Shown piece by piece: positions 10,559-23,412 of a DNA stretch of 64,000 nucleotides. The notes under the pieces were generated by a model, which saw only the letters and a program-made list of their open reading frames with translations, was not told the DNA's origin and did not search any database. A program made the translations under genes and the position numbers. The first letter of the stretch is position 1; every line of letters starts with the position of its first letter. Source of the stretch: Chara braunii (Eukaryota > Plantae > Charophyceae); NCBI GenBank assembly GCA_003427395.1, contig BFEA01000001.1, positions 10,423,030 through 10,487,029 on the forward strand. Direction: 5' to 3'.

Positions 10559-13500
10559 CATAGCTTCGTGGAATGTTCAGGGGCTAGGTGATACTGGAGG
10601 TAAACACAAGGGGAGGAGGCTGAAATCGTGGATGCACGAGAAAAAGATAGACATTATGTTTGTTCAAGAAACGAACCTTTCAGAGGATAAGTTGTCTAAT
10701 CTGACTGATTGGTGGAGGGGTCCTCAGCTATGACCGTCAGCGCGAGGTAGTAAGGGCGGCGTAGCGATCCTTATCAATGAGAGTTTGGAAGCTTCGTTAA
10801 TTGACTGCGATAATGATCTTTGGGGAAGGTGGTGCTGGGTTAAGTTGGGGATTGGGTCAGAGGATTGGGTCTTTGCCACAGTGTACGCGCCTAATGACCC
10901 TCTCGATAGGATAGAATTTGTGGAGTTGTTGTCAAGAATAGTTCCTAATTCTGATCATCTGGTCATTGGGGGAGACTGGAACATGGTCTGTGACCCCTCC
11001 ATTGACTCAGAAAAAGACGATCGAGGTAGAAGGGACAGGAGGACCTTATTCCACTGGATGGAGAGCTGGGCACTTCATGACCCCTTCAGGGAAATCCACC
11101 CGAACAAGCCAGGTTTTGCCTGGTTTGGCAATTCCTCTCAGTTGGCAGGGGTTAAAAGAAGACTGGACTTCTTCTTAATCTCAGAAGGGTTGGTTAGCGA
11201 GGTGTTGAAAGCAGAGTTGCATGGTGCTTCACTATCAGATCACAAACCAGTGTCACTAGTAATCAAGACAAGTGAGGTAAGTGAGAGGGGCCCAGGCTGT
11301 TTTCGCCTGAACACGGCCTTGTTGGAAGACGAGGGCATTATGGACTGGGTCAGGACTTTCTGGAAGGACTGGGAAAAGGCTAAAAACGTTATGGGTACTC
11401 AAGCAGACTAGGTGGAAACATGACTTCGAATTATCTCTAACAGGCTTGAGACATGCTCAAGGATAGCAGCCTTCTTACGAAACCGTGAGGAAAAGGAGTG
11501 TGCTCGAAGAGTACAAGAGGCTGAAGACAGAATGTCGGAACATCCCATCTCAGAGCTTGCTTGGGCGGAAGAAAGACAGGAACGACTGAAGGAATGGGAG
11601 AGGTGGCAAGTCGAGAAACATGACCGTTGGGAGCAGGTTCTCAGTGAAAAGAACATCGTTTGCAGGGACAGAATGACAAAAGAAAGTTTTCAGTTACTGC
11701 TACCAAAACGGAAAGCGGTAAAGATGCGGGAATTAAAACACCCACATATGCTGGCTCTCCCTGCAGCAGCGGATAATCCGAGGATGTGCTCATATGCAGC
11801 GGATTATTTCTCTGAGATCCTGACAACGAAGGCCCCGTATGACGATCTAGATACAGACTTAACTTCTTACTCAGATCTATGGGCAAGGATGGAGGTAGGG
11901 CTGTCGTCAGAAGGCAAATTGCAACTGGATAAACCATTCACAGCAGAGGAATTGACCAAGACGCTCAAGTCTACAGCCAAGGGGAAAGCACCGGGTGATG
12001 ATGGATTGCCAAGGGAGTTCTTTGAAGCCTGTTGGGATCTGCTGGTACACGATCTAGTGGGGGTGTTTAACTCAGTCGCGGAAGGAGAGAAACTGGGAAA
12101 CTCAATGGCAAGAGGAGTGATCAACCTACTTTATAAGAAAGGGGATAGGGATGAGATACGCAACTGGAGGCCTATCTCCCTGTTGAATTTCTCATACAAA
12201 CTGTTGGCTAAATCTCTCGCCAATCGTTTGGCACCTTATCTACCTACGCTGGTGGGGTTAGATCAGGGGGCTTTTGTCAGAGGGCGATCCATCTTTGAGA
12301 ACCTAGCTACAGCAATCGAAGCCATGGAAGTGATAGAGGAGCAGAATCTAGATATAGTAGTGCTAATGCTGGACCTCGAAAAGGCGTACGACATGGTTAA
12401 TTGGTCGTTCGTACTGACGACGCTGAGAGCAATGCACTTCGGAGATAGATTCTGCAGTATGGTCAAAGCTCTGTACTTCGGTGCAACTGCGGTAGTCCAG
12501 GTAAACGGGCACCGCTAAGAAGAAATGACTCTTACGAGGTCTCTCAGGCAAGGTTGTCCGTTGGCACCTCTGTTATTCGTTCTGCAAATGGAAATGCTCC
12601 TCAGCAACATCAGAAGGCATCCCCTGCTGGAAGGACTGAGACTACGGTCTGGAAAAGAGTGCAGAGTCAAAGCTCTGGCGGATGACCTACTGGCCTTCTC
12701 AGTCAACAACAAGATCTCCCTGGTAACTCTGAAGAAATGTCTGGCCAGGTATGTGGAATTGTCGGAAGCAGCTGTAAACTGGAACAAGTCCATATTCTTC
12801 CTATCCAGTTCATATACACTGAAGGTGGAATACGGAATGAGGAGGATCCCTGCTGGAGAAGCAGAGCGTTATCTGGGAGTACAATTGGCACTGGGGAACT
12901 GTTCTGCGTCTCAGAGTGGGATACTGCAGGAGAAAGTGACGGGAAGGATTAGGAAGTGGGGGAAGGCAAAACATCTGTCTCTAGTAAGCAGGGGGTCCTA
13001 GCAGTGACTGTTTCTTCCTTCTCGATCTTATGGTATGTGGTGAGGCTGAGAAAGCTGGAGAAAGGTCTGCTACAAACTGCTAAGGCGGAAGCCCGGAGGT
13101 TCATCTGGAAACCAGGCTCACAGACGAACAAAGGCTTTATCAACAAGGTGGCGTGGGGGACTCTGTGCAAACCCAAGGAGGAAGGAGGTCTGGCTCTTGT
13201 AGATCCAGAATCACAAAACCTGTTGTTGCTGGCCAAATGGCTAGTAAAGGTAGCCACCTCCGACCAAGAATCTGATTGGCTGTTTCTGGCGGAAGAGATT
13301 CTATGTGAACAGTGGGGCCTAAGCCGCCCCTCAGATGTCTGGGTTGCGATAATGATACAGTCGTTCCTGAACAAATGCCAGAAGTCGCAGTTTTGGAAGG
13401 ACATTCTGATGGGCTGGAAGCAATGTAAACCGGGCATGCATGCCGAGCCGCAATCTAAAGCAGAAGTCCTACGTCAGCACCTGTTCGAAAACCCAGGGAT

Positions 13501-14800
13501 CCGAAACCGAGAAGGGGAGATGTTTTATGCTAACACTAAGCCAGAATCCTACAGGATGAAGTGGATCAGAAAAGGGGTGTCCAAGGTGGGGGATCTTTGG
13601 GAGGACTCACAAGGGCAATGGGTTACGCGGGCAAAGCTGAAGGAAAAACTGGGTAAACTGCAGCGGCAAGAGGAATGGATGGACCAGTTGATAGAAGCCA
13701 TCACAACACATTGGAAGGCGCTTCTAACCTCCGAAGTTATCCCCAAAGTCGGAACGTGGTTTCAGGACCCAGAAGATGAAGACGGTTTTTTCAGACTGGA
13801 AGGGTGGCACGAGGATACGCCAGGCAAATGCAATCTCCGCAGATTCAAGAGGAAATATAAAAGTCTTTCGATCTTGGTCCAGGGGGAACTTTCAGCTAGA
13901 CTTGGAGTCTCAGGGCTGAAGGAATGCAAAGTAACCAGCCAGAGAAGTACAAAACTTCCGGATCTGGTTCAATTCGATCTGATCGCAGGAGGCACGAGCA
14001 CGGATGTTCTCAAGCTTGACCAAACAGGCTGGGGGTGGAAACATGACCAAGGGGTAACATGGAACCTAGCGAATCTTTAGAAAGTTGTAAGGAAGAAGAA
14101 AGACAAGAAGAGCAAGAAAGTGACTGAGGAGGTGTGTACCCGATGGGAGGAAGCGTTACCGCATATTGCACCTCCCACAGAGAAAGAGTTTGAGAAGTTC
14201 TGGTCTCAACTGCCTCAGATCCCCTCCCAAAAGTTGGCGTCTCTTCTATGGCTACATTCACATCAAGCAGTTCCAGTAGCGCGATGGTTGCGAAAGAGAG
14301 GGATGTCAGTGAAGGAAGAGTGTGAGAGATGTAACTGAATTTTTGAGACCCTGCATCATTTTTGGAGGGCATGCCCCAAATCAGCCAGATGGTGGGAGTG
14401 GTGGTTTCAGAAGTGGGCCGAGATTGTGGATAGGCCGGATCTGACAGGGGAAAGATGGGTGCTGCTGGGTTTACTCCCGGACAACACACCAGGTGATAAA
14501 GGATGGGGCTATATCGCCCAAGTCACCCGGGCAGTGATGATGTGGGTAATCTGGTCTGACAGGAATGATCAGCGGTTCCAAGGTAAGACTATGTCTGACA
14601 CCCGAGCGGCAAGACTCTTCAAGGCTCTACTCAGGAATGAGATTAGAGCAGACTGGAGGCGGAAAACAGGATGTGGCAGGAATGTAGGTGGACTGAGGTG
14701 GTTTCGGAGTACTTGGGCTCATTCGAGTCATTTTGCTAGGATCTCATCAACAGGTAAGCTTCAGTTGGCAGATTGGCTGACGAGGGAGGCTAACTTGTAG
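10545..14800 (+). pseudogene. LINE ORF2: AP endonuclease, reverse transcriptase, C-terminal zinc finger; several stops and frameshifts
   Basis: APE motifs SWNVQGL, FVQET, VYAPN, GGDWN, RLDFF, SDHKPV. RT motifs KAPGDDG, NWRPISLLN, LDLEKAYD, SLRQGCPLAP, ALADD, RYLGV. Also KPKEEGGLAL and CERCN..H. Stops at 10731, 11409, 12516 and 14336; frameshifts near 12995 and 14075. Confidence 0.93.
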
Positions 14801-15270
14801 TAGTAGTAGGGGGTTAGTAGGATTTAGGCTCATGGATAGAGATTTTGGTTTGTGTGGTGTTGAAGCCTTGTGGAGATTTCTTCTGAACCAGGGCACTCGG
14901 TTTCTGTGGGCAGTCACAGTAGACTGCAGTGGGTTGGAGGGTGGGAGAGTGCCAAGGTACTATAAGGAACAAGTGTTCCTCCCGGTCGAGTATAGGTCGG
15001 GTCTGGCCCATGCTAGGCCAGTGTAGCTGTAGGTGGGATAGGGTAGTAGGTGAGGGAGGTTAGAATAGATCTAGGTTATGCAGTCGCGAACATTGGTGTG
15101 TTTTGATGTGTGTTGAGCTTAGAGTGGATGATAGTGGTTGGGGTGAATTCGGTGATTGGAACGTGAGGAAGGTCTGTTTGAACAGTTTAAGCTAAACCGG
15201 CTAATGCTGCCGGGATAACCCCGGGTTGAATTGTGAGGTCCCCGGCCTCGGCTATATTGTTTTGAGAATG

Positions 15271-15301
<31 letters not shown>

Positions 15302-15865
15302 CAGTTTCCTTTGGTTTAAAAAAAAAAAAAAAAAAAAACTTCGGTTTAACCAAAATAGGCGTCTCAGCTTAGGCTACGCATGAGTGACCTCGAACCCTCT
15401 GCTCTTCAAGACTATGGGTCTCGTTAGACACTTCCCAAAGAATCCTGAAATTTTTAGGACCAGTCCTAAAGGATTTTTAGGATTTCGTGCGGCGTCGTTA
15501 CACGCAATCCTAAAAATCATCTTTTAGGATTTGTCCTAAAAGGTCTCATGCGGCCGGTTTTCATATATACGCAGCCGCGTCGCCAATGTTCGTCCATTCT
15601 TGGCTGGTGTCCGTGGTACACACTGCGGTGGGCCGGCGGCAGGTGAGGACGGGTCGGTGAAAATCGCGGTTAACCAGAAGTTCGAAAATTCAAATTCAAT
15701 TTTTTGCGGACGCAGGGTGGCGGGGCGGAGGACAGCCAGGCGACGCGTGTGACGTAGAAAAGACGGCGCTGGTGAACCCCTCGGCGTGGGTATCCATCTT
15801 CCGAGTCTGCACGAGTTGTGACCAGCAGGCGCATCTTCGGCGGCGACGCATCTTCACCTCCGACG

Positions 15866-16016
15866 TGCGTACTCTCCTGTGGAAGCGTAGAGCAGCGGGC
15901 GCATCTTCGGCTCTGGCGTGCGTACTCTCCTGTGGCAGCGTAGAGCAGCGGGCGCATCTTCGGCTCCGGCGTGCGTGGTCGCCTGCGGCAGGGTTGAGCA
16001 GGGGGCGCATCTTCGA
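15866..16016. repeat. ~54-bp tandem repeat (about 3 copies) upstream of the transposase
   Basis: Unit gtgcgtactctcctgtggcagcgtagagcagcgggcgcatcttcggctc is repeated. Confidence 0.8.
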
Positions 16017-16062
16017 CGGTTGTGGCAGGCGTTGCGCTGTAGAGGCGGAACGATTATCAGAG

Positions 16063-17405
16063 ATGGACGTTCGCGGCTGCAGGCACGGTCTATGTAAAGA
16101 AGAGATCGACGAGGTGGTGATGGCGGTGACTGTTGTCGTCCTGGACACAATGAGTGACATGTCGTCCTCCTCCCGCGACATGCGTGTGCAGCTCCGTAAA
16201 CGAAGAGCGTTGTTGCAGAGCATTATCGAAGCGCCTGATTGCGTGGCGACGTGTGAAGCAGTCGTGCAGTTATGTTTCGCGCTGTCGTCTGGCATTTTCC
16301 CACGGCAGACCCCGCGTTGGTGGATTAAACGATGGACTGGCGGAACATGGGAGGACCTCCGACTTCGTGATGACGCCATTGAGGACTACTACCGCCAGAA
16401 GTTGCACATGTCGAGGGCCACGTTCACCCAGATCGTAGCCGCGTGCGCCGCGTACGTGGAGAAGAAGTTTACACACTACAGGATGCCATTGCCAGTGGAG
16501 TAGGTGATTGCTTTCGCGTTGTACAGGTTGGCGTCTGGAGAGATGTACGATAGTGGCACGTCAGCCTTCGGCATATGCAGGGCAACTGGGCTGCAGGTTG
16601 TCCCCGACGTCACTTCGGCGCTGCTCAAGGCGTACCCTTACGCGATCAAGTGGCCAGTGGGCCGGAGACGTGCGCAAATTTTGCGCGCTTTCCGTGAGAA
16701 GGGTTTCCCAAACTGCTTCGGCGCAATCGACTGTACACACATCTACATTGACAAGCCCGTCGGCGCACCTTCGGACAACTACTACGACCGGAAACAGAAG
16801 TTCTTCGTCCAAGCGCAGTTGGTGGTGGATTTGGATCTACGTATCCTTGACGTCCACGCGGGATACCTGGGAAGTGTGCACGACGTCCGTGTCCTGCACA
16901 ATTCCCATTTGTGGAGGCATGCAGAAAGTGGCGAGCTGTTCGACGCACCTCCGGAGAATCTGCCGCATGATGTTGTCACGCGAGGTTACCTGCTAGGCAA
17001 CAACGGTTATCCAGTTGCCTGTCCATGGATCATCCAGCCGTACAGAGGAATCGATCAACGTCCTGACGAGGTGCGTTCCGACACTCGGCAAAGGTGGTGC
17101 GAGGGTGTGTGGAGAGGTCGTTCGGGCGACTGAAGTGCATGTGGCGCCTGTTTTTGCGCACCCACAAGACGAACCTGGAGACCTTGCCACAACAATTCGT
17201 GGCCGTGTGCACTTTCCACAATATCCTCCTAGACGCGGGGATCGACTTCGACGAGAACCTTCTGTAGGAGGTCGATGTGAACGACGTTCGGCGTAGAGTA
17301 GACTTGGGCATTGTGGGGCACGACGGGGGGGGGCGGCAACGAAGCACGAACATGGATGGGGACTTGTTGCGGGATGCTCTCCGGGACCCCCTAGCTTTGA
17401 TGTAA
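16063..17405 (+). pseudogene. Harbinger DDE transposase (DDE_Tnp_4 / HARBI1-like), disrupted
   Basis: Motifs HMSRATF, ALYRLASG, FPNCFGAIDCTHI, GSVHD, YLLGNNGYP (D to N) and VERSFGRLK...FHN. Stop at 16501 and frameshift near 17085. Confidence 0.92.
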
Positions 17406-18693
17406 GATCGCGCGGACCGAATTTCAAGGAGGACGTGGGGGGGGAGGGTAGGTGTGGTAGGGTGATCGGCAAGCGGGTTCGATTGTAACGTGGTCCATGT
17501 AGAGTAGTAATTGGTACGTCAAGTGCTTTTGAAGCTCTCGGATCATCCCCCCCCCCCCCCCCCCCGGGGTGTGTAGGTTGTCCTCCGCCAGTCCGTAGTC
17601 GTCGTGCGCGAAGTTGCCAGGTCGCCTGTTTCACCGCATGGTTTTCGTCAATCTGTGTGTGTTGTATTCGTCGTGTAGACGGTCGACTGAGTCATAGTGT
17701 CGTGCATTTGGTGTCGTTCGTACAATTGTGCGAACGTTGAATATTGAAAAAACCTTTTTTTTTTCTATAATTCGTTGGTCATGAATGCTTTGGTGTGGTG
17801 GGATAACTTGTATACCTTCGCTCCCCGTGGTACATGCGCAGATTGGCAAACAATGATCGCAAAAAAGTGAATCCAAATCGTTGTTGCGGTTGCTTGCCCC
17901 TACTCGGGGCGAAATGGCCTTTCTGTTGTTCATTTTGAAAAGTGATCTATGGTGAAAGGCATCCTCATTTCACACTTTTTGCCTTGCTATATGGGTGTGC
18001 TGCCGTGTGCATACATGCAAAACATTTTAAATATTTCGCTCATCCAGTGTGTGACGTTCATATATGAAATCTTGGCATGCATTCACATCAAGTGATGTTC
18101 AACAAACCAAATGATCTCACATGTCATGTTCGTTTCATCGTCTCGTCGATGTCAACAACACCAAAAACACAGAAGCAAAATCAATGTGACGCATCACAAT
18201 TGTGTCCCACACCAATGATGACAAAATCGTTTAATGTGGATTGACGATTACAGGCTTTGCAAACTCATCGCAAAACAACGTGAAGAGATCGACCCTTCGC
18301 TTTGAAATCCGAAAACACAAACACTAACATGCCTGCGGGTACAAACGTTTCCCCGTTCGTACTTTCCCCAACATGTACCGTTCGAGCTACCCCGAAAAAG
18401 ATAGGGAAAAAAACATAAGAATTTTTTTTTACCAAAAACTAACTTAACAATGACACGATTTGGGCCACCTTGCCGAGCACGTTCACACCGACGACCACTG
18501 CCGCACTCGCAAGAAAAACTAATTGGAGAACAAAGGTCGCTCGTGCAAAGTGATGGCAGGCGAGAGCACGGCCTCTGCCAGTGGCGGTATCGTCGCCACG
18601 TGAACGACGCCATCATGGATCGACTACTGCGTCATCATCTTCGTCATCATCGTCATGATTATGGCGGTTAGCTTCACCATCGTTCTCGCGATG

Positions 18694-18741
18694 ACCATCA
18701 TCATCATCATCATCGTCATCATCATCATCATCATCATCGTC

Positions 18742-18801
<60 letters not shown>

Positions 18802-18830
18802 NGCATCATCATCATCATCATCATCACCAC

Positions 18831-18862
<32 letters not shown>

Positions 18863-18960
18863 CCATCATAATCATCATCATCATCGTCATCATCATCATC
18901 ATCATCATCAGCAACATCAGCATCAGCATCAGCAGCAGCAGCATCAGCATCAGCATTAGC
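18694..18960. repeat. (ATC)n/(AGC)n trinucleotide microsatellite
   Basis: Long ATC run; it produces spurious poly-M/poly-I ORFs. Confidence 0.95.
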
Positions 18961-19487
18961 GGCAGTAGCATCATCGTCGTTGTCAGCGCAGGTGGCATCA
19001 TCGTCTACGTTTCATCCCCGCGGACGTACGCCTTCATCATCGTCGTCGCCACCATGCCCTGTCGTGCGCCGGACTGCATCCCGACCGTCCTCGCCATTCC
19101 CAGATTGTGGTAATATCGTCTTTCTTGGACGCCCGCCGCGGTCGCCACACCTCGCAGAACCACTCTCCGCATGGCGGCATCATCAGGAGATCCTTTTCTT
19201 CGGCATCGTCAACGTTTCCACGTTCGAAGCAGCATCATCGTCATCACGACGTCATCATGACGGCCGTCGACGCAAATAACTTCAGACCACGAATGCCGGC
19301 ATATGCAGCGCGGACGGCTGATCAATCGCACCGATTTCCCTGCCCGACTCATCTCGTGGACACGCCATCAACGTTTGGTCTACTAGTGTGCTCATTATAA
19401 GAAGAATTCATCAAGGAAATAAGAGAAACAAAAAATCTGAACTACAAACGCAAGGAGTGAACTTCAATCAACACTCGATCGAACGAC

Positions 19488-22400
19488 CTACATTGTCGAC
19501 CGACCACGGATGGCTGCAGCGATCTCCATAAACGCGTGGCACATCATCCTCTGCGTATCATCGGACACCACGTAGTGCGATTTTCTGTGTAACCGGTTGA
19601 ACGCACTGAACGTGCATTCGTGTTCTAACGCGCTCGTTCATACCCCCCGTGGCCACGTTCAATCGCGTTCAAACGCGTTGCGCGCCACGTGGCGCGTAAA
19701 AATTGAACGCGACCTCGCATCCCGCACGTGCGTGTCGCGGACTACGGGGTGGTGACACTCGTTCAACAAACCCCAAAAGTGAAAAAAAAAGTCTCCCCGG
19801 AGTACCACCACCCCCGCCACAAGTANNNNNNNNNNNNNNNNNNNNNNNNNNNNNNNNNNNNNNNNNNNNNNNNNNNNNNNNNNNNNNNNNNNNNNNNNNN
19901 NNNNNNNNNNNNNNNNNNNNNNNNNNNNNNNNNNNNNNNNNNNNNNNNNNNNNNNNNNNNNNNNNNNNNNNNNNNNNNNNNNNNNNNNNNNNNNNNNNNN
20001 NNNNNNNNNNNNNNNNNNNNNNNNNNNNNNNNNNNNNNNNNNNNNNNNNNNNNNNNNNNNNNNNNNNNNNNNNNNNNNNNNNNNNNNNNNNNNNNNNNNN
20101 NNNNNNNNNNNNNNNNNNNNNNNNNNNNNNNNNNNNNNNNNNNNNNNNNNNNNNNNNNNNNNNNNNNNNNNNNNNNNNNNNNNNNNNNNNNNNNNNNNNN
20201 NNNNNNNNNNNNNNNNNNNNNNNNNNNNNNNNNNNNNNNNNNNNNNNNNNNNNNNNNNNNNNNNNNNNNNNNNNNNNNNNNNNNNNNNNNNNNNNNNNNN
20301 NNNNNNNNNNNNNNNNNNNNNNNNNNNNNNNNNNNNNNNNNNNNNNNNNNNNNNNNNNNNNNNNNNNNNNTTTTTTTTTCTCGTTTTTCCTGCTTTTCTT
20401 AAGAATACGTGCAGTGGCCCTAAGGGCCTCTACTCAGCAGATGCACAAAAGACAAAACATATGGCGGCGTATTATTCCATGTTCTGCAGAAGATTCATTC
20501 TTTTCTTTTGTTTTTCTTTTTTCTTGTTTTTATCTTTTTCTCCTTTTCTTTTTTCTTAGGAATACGTGCTGTAGCCCTGAGAATCACGTGCAGAGACCAC
20601 CACGGCCTAGCATCGTGAGCAACCCATAACTGCTGAAACACAGATCTGAACTTGAATCCTGAGCATAAATTCGGCCAACTCGTGCTCTACCTCATACTTG
20701 TTGTCTGCCTCGATTTGGGTGGGGGGGTCTGAGCCACATGGCTGCGAGGACCCCTCAGACAGCTTGCATGGGCCGTCTGAGCCATGTTATGGGGTTTCCC
20801 CTACCCCCCCGAAAAAAAAAAGGATCATACTTCATACACACACACACACATACACACACATATTCACACACACACATACACAAATTCACGCACATTTTTT
20901 TTATTTTTTATTTTTTTCCCCATTCGTCTGGGGCACTGGCCCACATACCCCCCAAGCAGCACCGCCGCTCCCCACACTGCCCACAGCCTCCCCAAGCACC
21001 GCCGCCGCTCCTCCCACTGCCCAAAGGCCTCCCCCACCCCGCACAACCCCCTGCGCAAACGCGTCAAATGCGTTTACCTCCCCACACTGCCCACAGCCTC
21101 CCCAAGCACCGCCGCCGTTCCCCCCACTGCCCGAAGGCCTCCCCCACCCCGCACACCCCCCTGAGCAAACGCGTCAAACGCGTTTACCGCCATTCACTGA
21201 ACGCGCGTTCACCGCGTTCAAATCCTGAACGCGGGCGATTTTTGAACAACAACTTCCTGCTCGAGTATGTCACATTGCCTCGTCAAAATGCTGCATTGTC
21301 GCTTGCTAGAGGAATCGATCGTCGACGACATCAGTTCGCCATGGTGGTCCATGACATAAGCGATCGACTCCAACGCCTGTTGACGTGCGTTCTTCCGCTT
21401 CCCGCCTGCACCCCCACTGCCTACTTTGTTGTCGGAGTCCCTCGCCGAAGAACGTTCTTCAGGGCAGCCATCACCGCCGGCCTCACTACCAACAGACTCC
21501 CCACCAGCCGCTCCTTGCCTGGGCAGCTGCACCCCGTCCGAACTGCCGGTGTCGGCGACGTTGGGAAGGAAAATTGTGTGGTTCCCCAACATGCCTCTAT
21601 GGATCTCGTTGTACAGCACCCTGTCCATCCAAGACTTGAAGTTGTTCTCCTTCCTTTCGTCATTTGATAGCCTGAAGAAGTCTGCCTCGCCACTGGCATT
21701 CTGAAACCTTTGTATCTTCTTGTAGTTTTGGAACAGATTATCCCACTTCTTCATGCAGTCGTCGGCGTCTCTAGGCCTCCCCGCCTTTGCCATCCGCTTG
21801 GCGATGCCGTCCCACTTCCACTCCTTCGTTCACATCCGCCCGTAATTGTGACCCAACTCGGCGAGGTGCATGTCTTGCTCCCGCTTGCATCTCACCAGGA
21901 GCAGTTGGTCGTCCGTAGACCTGTACGTCGCAGACTTCCCGCCGTCGTCGCTTATGTCTCCTCTGCCGCTACGGCCAACGGATCGACCACAAACAACACC
22001 TCTGCTGCGTCCTTTCCCCCTCCCAGCCGTCTTCCCCAAAGGCCGAATATGAATGTCGTCGTCGACGTCCCATGCATCCGCGTCCTCCCGGAACCCTTCG
22101 TTGGCATGGTCACCGTCACCGGCGTCGTCGTCGTTGCCATTGTTGTGTGCCCGCATGTTGGACACTCCTCGTGTGATGTTCTCCACAGTGGGTCCTGGAC
22201 GCACATCGGTGATCTGCAAGCGGGCTCGTCCATCACGTCGGGTTGGGTCAGCATTGTGCGGTTTGACATCGACGACCATCCACCGCTGATGCGCGCGGAC
22301 CCTGCTGCGACTTCACTGTGTGCGGGGCAGGTACTTGTCATTCGTTCGGAGCGTGGCGCAGTCCATCCATGCTGTCGGGCTGGTAGTGACGGCCCGACAC

Positions 22401-22886
22401 CTGTACTCACGGACGCACCGCCATGATGTGTGGACTGCTCAGTCTGCTAACCTCCAGCACGTTGAAGGCCACGTGGCGAAGGATCGGCGTTGATGATGAA
22501 CGTACGGGTTGCCTCCCTCGCGCTGGCGGAAGACAACCCGAACCTCAAATCGACTCCCCCGTCGTGGTCGTCTCCCAAACCTTGCTGCAGGAGGGAGGTG
22601 AACTCGCCACCTTCGTTGCTAGCTGACCCGGGTACTTGCACCGTCTGTGACAGCATCTGCGTCGAGCCACTACCGAGAGGCAACGTTGGAAGTTCTTCCG
22701 TCTTCGCCTCCTCGACTGACGGGGGCAGTGCACTGGCGTCTCCCACGACTCTAGATGGTTGCACAAGGACGGTTCGTACCTCCGTCCCGACACCACCGAC
22801 GCAGGTCCTCTTCCGCCCTGACCTGCGGCCTGTTCTGCGCGTGCCTGCATGCTCACCATCGGACACTCCCCTGCCGCCCGTTTCGT
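19488..22886 (-). pseudogene. Harbinger-associated Myb/SANT (trihelix) DNA-binding protein, split by an insertion
   Basis: Trihelix motif RDADDCMKKWDNLFQNYKKI. Removing 19585-21234 plus one TSD copy restores ...ILEQEVVVQK-SHYVVSDDTQRMMCHAFMEIAAAIRGRSTM* in frame. Additional stops and frameshifts are present; the start position is approximate. Confidence 0.85.
19585..21234. mobile_element. Non-autonomous hAT-like element inside the Myb gene (contains an assembly gap)
   Basis: 8-bp TSD GCGATTTT (19577-19584 and 21235-21242). Imperfect TIRs, many TGAACGCG/CGCGTTCA subterminal motifs at both ends, and an internal ~110-bp tandem duplication at 20969-21188. Confidence 0.85.
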
Positions 22887-23245
22887 TGACGCCCTCCGCT
22901 TGCGACGTTGCTTCCACGATCGACACGAAAAACACACGTGGAGGAAGACAGCTCGTCCTCCTCATCAGACTCTGACTCTGAGTTCTGTGTCGGATGGCAG
23001 AGGTACGAGCATTCCCACAGCGATGCCCGCAACACCCCGTTTGTGCACCTGGCTCTCTCCCGGCCCCGGCCGCAGGAACGGCGCCCACCCCAACTATGAG
23101 CTAGAGGAACCACTTGCACTTCTACCCCTGAAACTTGACACAGGAGATTCCAGTTCTGACCTGGAACTCCACCCCCACTTTCCAAAAATCCTTGGCTCCA
23201 TGCCCACTAACACTCCGAAACAGGAAGTCGCGTTGGGCGTGAGGT

Positions 23246-23256
23246 TGGTATCGGAG
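23246..23256 (+). promoter_or_regulatory. Primer-binding site, tRNA-iMet type
   Basis: TGGTATCGGAG versus canonical TGGTATCAGAG, immediately after the LTR remnant. Confidence 0.8.
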
Positions 23257-23412
23257 ACAACACGTGTCAAGACAAGGGATTGACAAGTTGCTTGGCTCTC
23301 TAGTTCAACCGATCTGGCGACCCCAAAACGGGGGCGGTCCGCGCAAAGGAACGCGTCGGCACACGAACTTGTAGTGACAAGAAGCAGGTCTGCGGGTAGA
23401 TCGGCAGACAAC

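Larger units (their letters stand above)
7861..15338 (+). mobile_element. Full-length L1/Tx1-clade LINE retrotransposon
   Basis: 5' UTR, ORF1, ORF2 (APE-RT-zinc finger), 3' UTR and poly(A) at 15271-15300 and 15318-15338. Flanked by a perfect 12-bp TSD CTTCGGTTTAAC (7849-7860 and 15339-15350). Confidence 0.95.
15416..22948 (+). mobile_element. PIF/Harbinger DNA transposon, right end lost
   Basis: Convergent transposase and Myb/trihelix genes. The candidate left TIR GGGTCTCGTTAGACA at 15416 is followed by palindromic TCCTAAA/TTTAGGA subterminal motifs (15440-15545). No right TIR was found; the element abuts a truncated LTR at 22949. Confidence 0.75.

Noticed and set aside
18624-19113. Poly-Met / poly-Ile ORFs
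   Set aside because: Products of the (ATC)n microsatellite.
19703-20629. Long ORFs across N runs (also 31591-32048 and 45533-46055)
   Set aside because: Open only because of assembly gaps.
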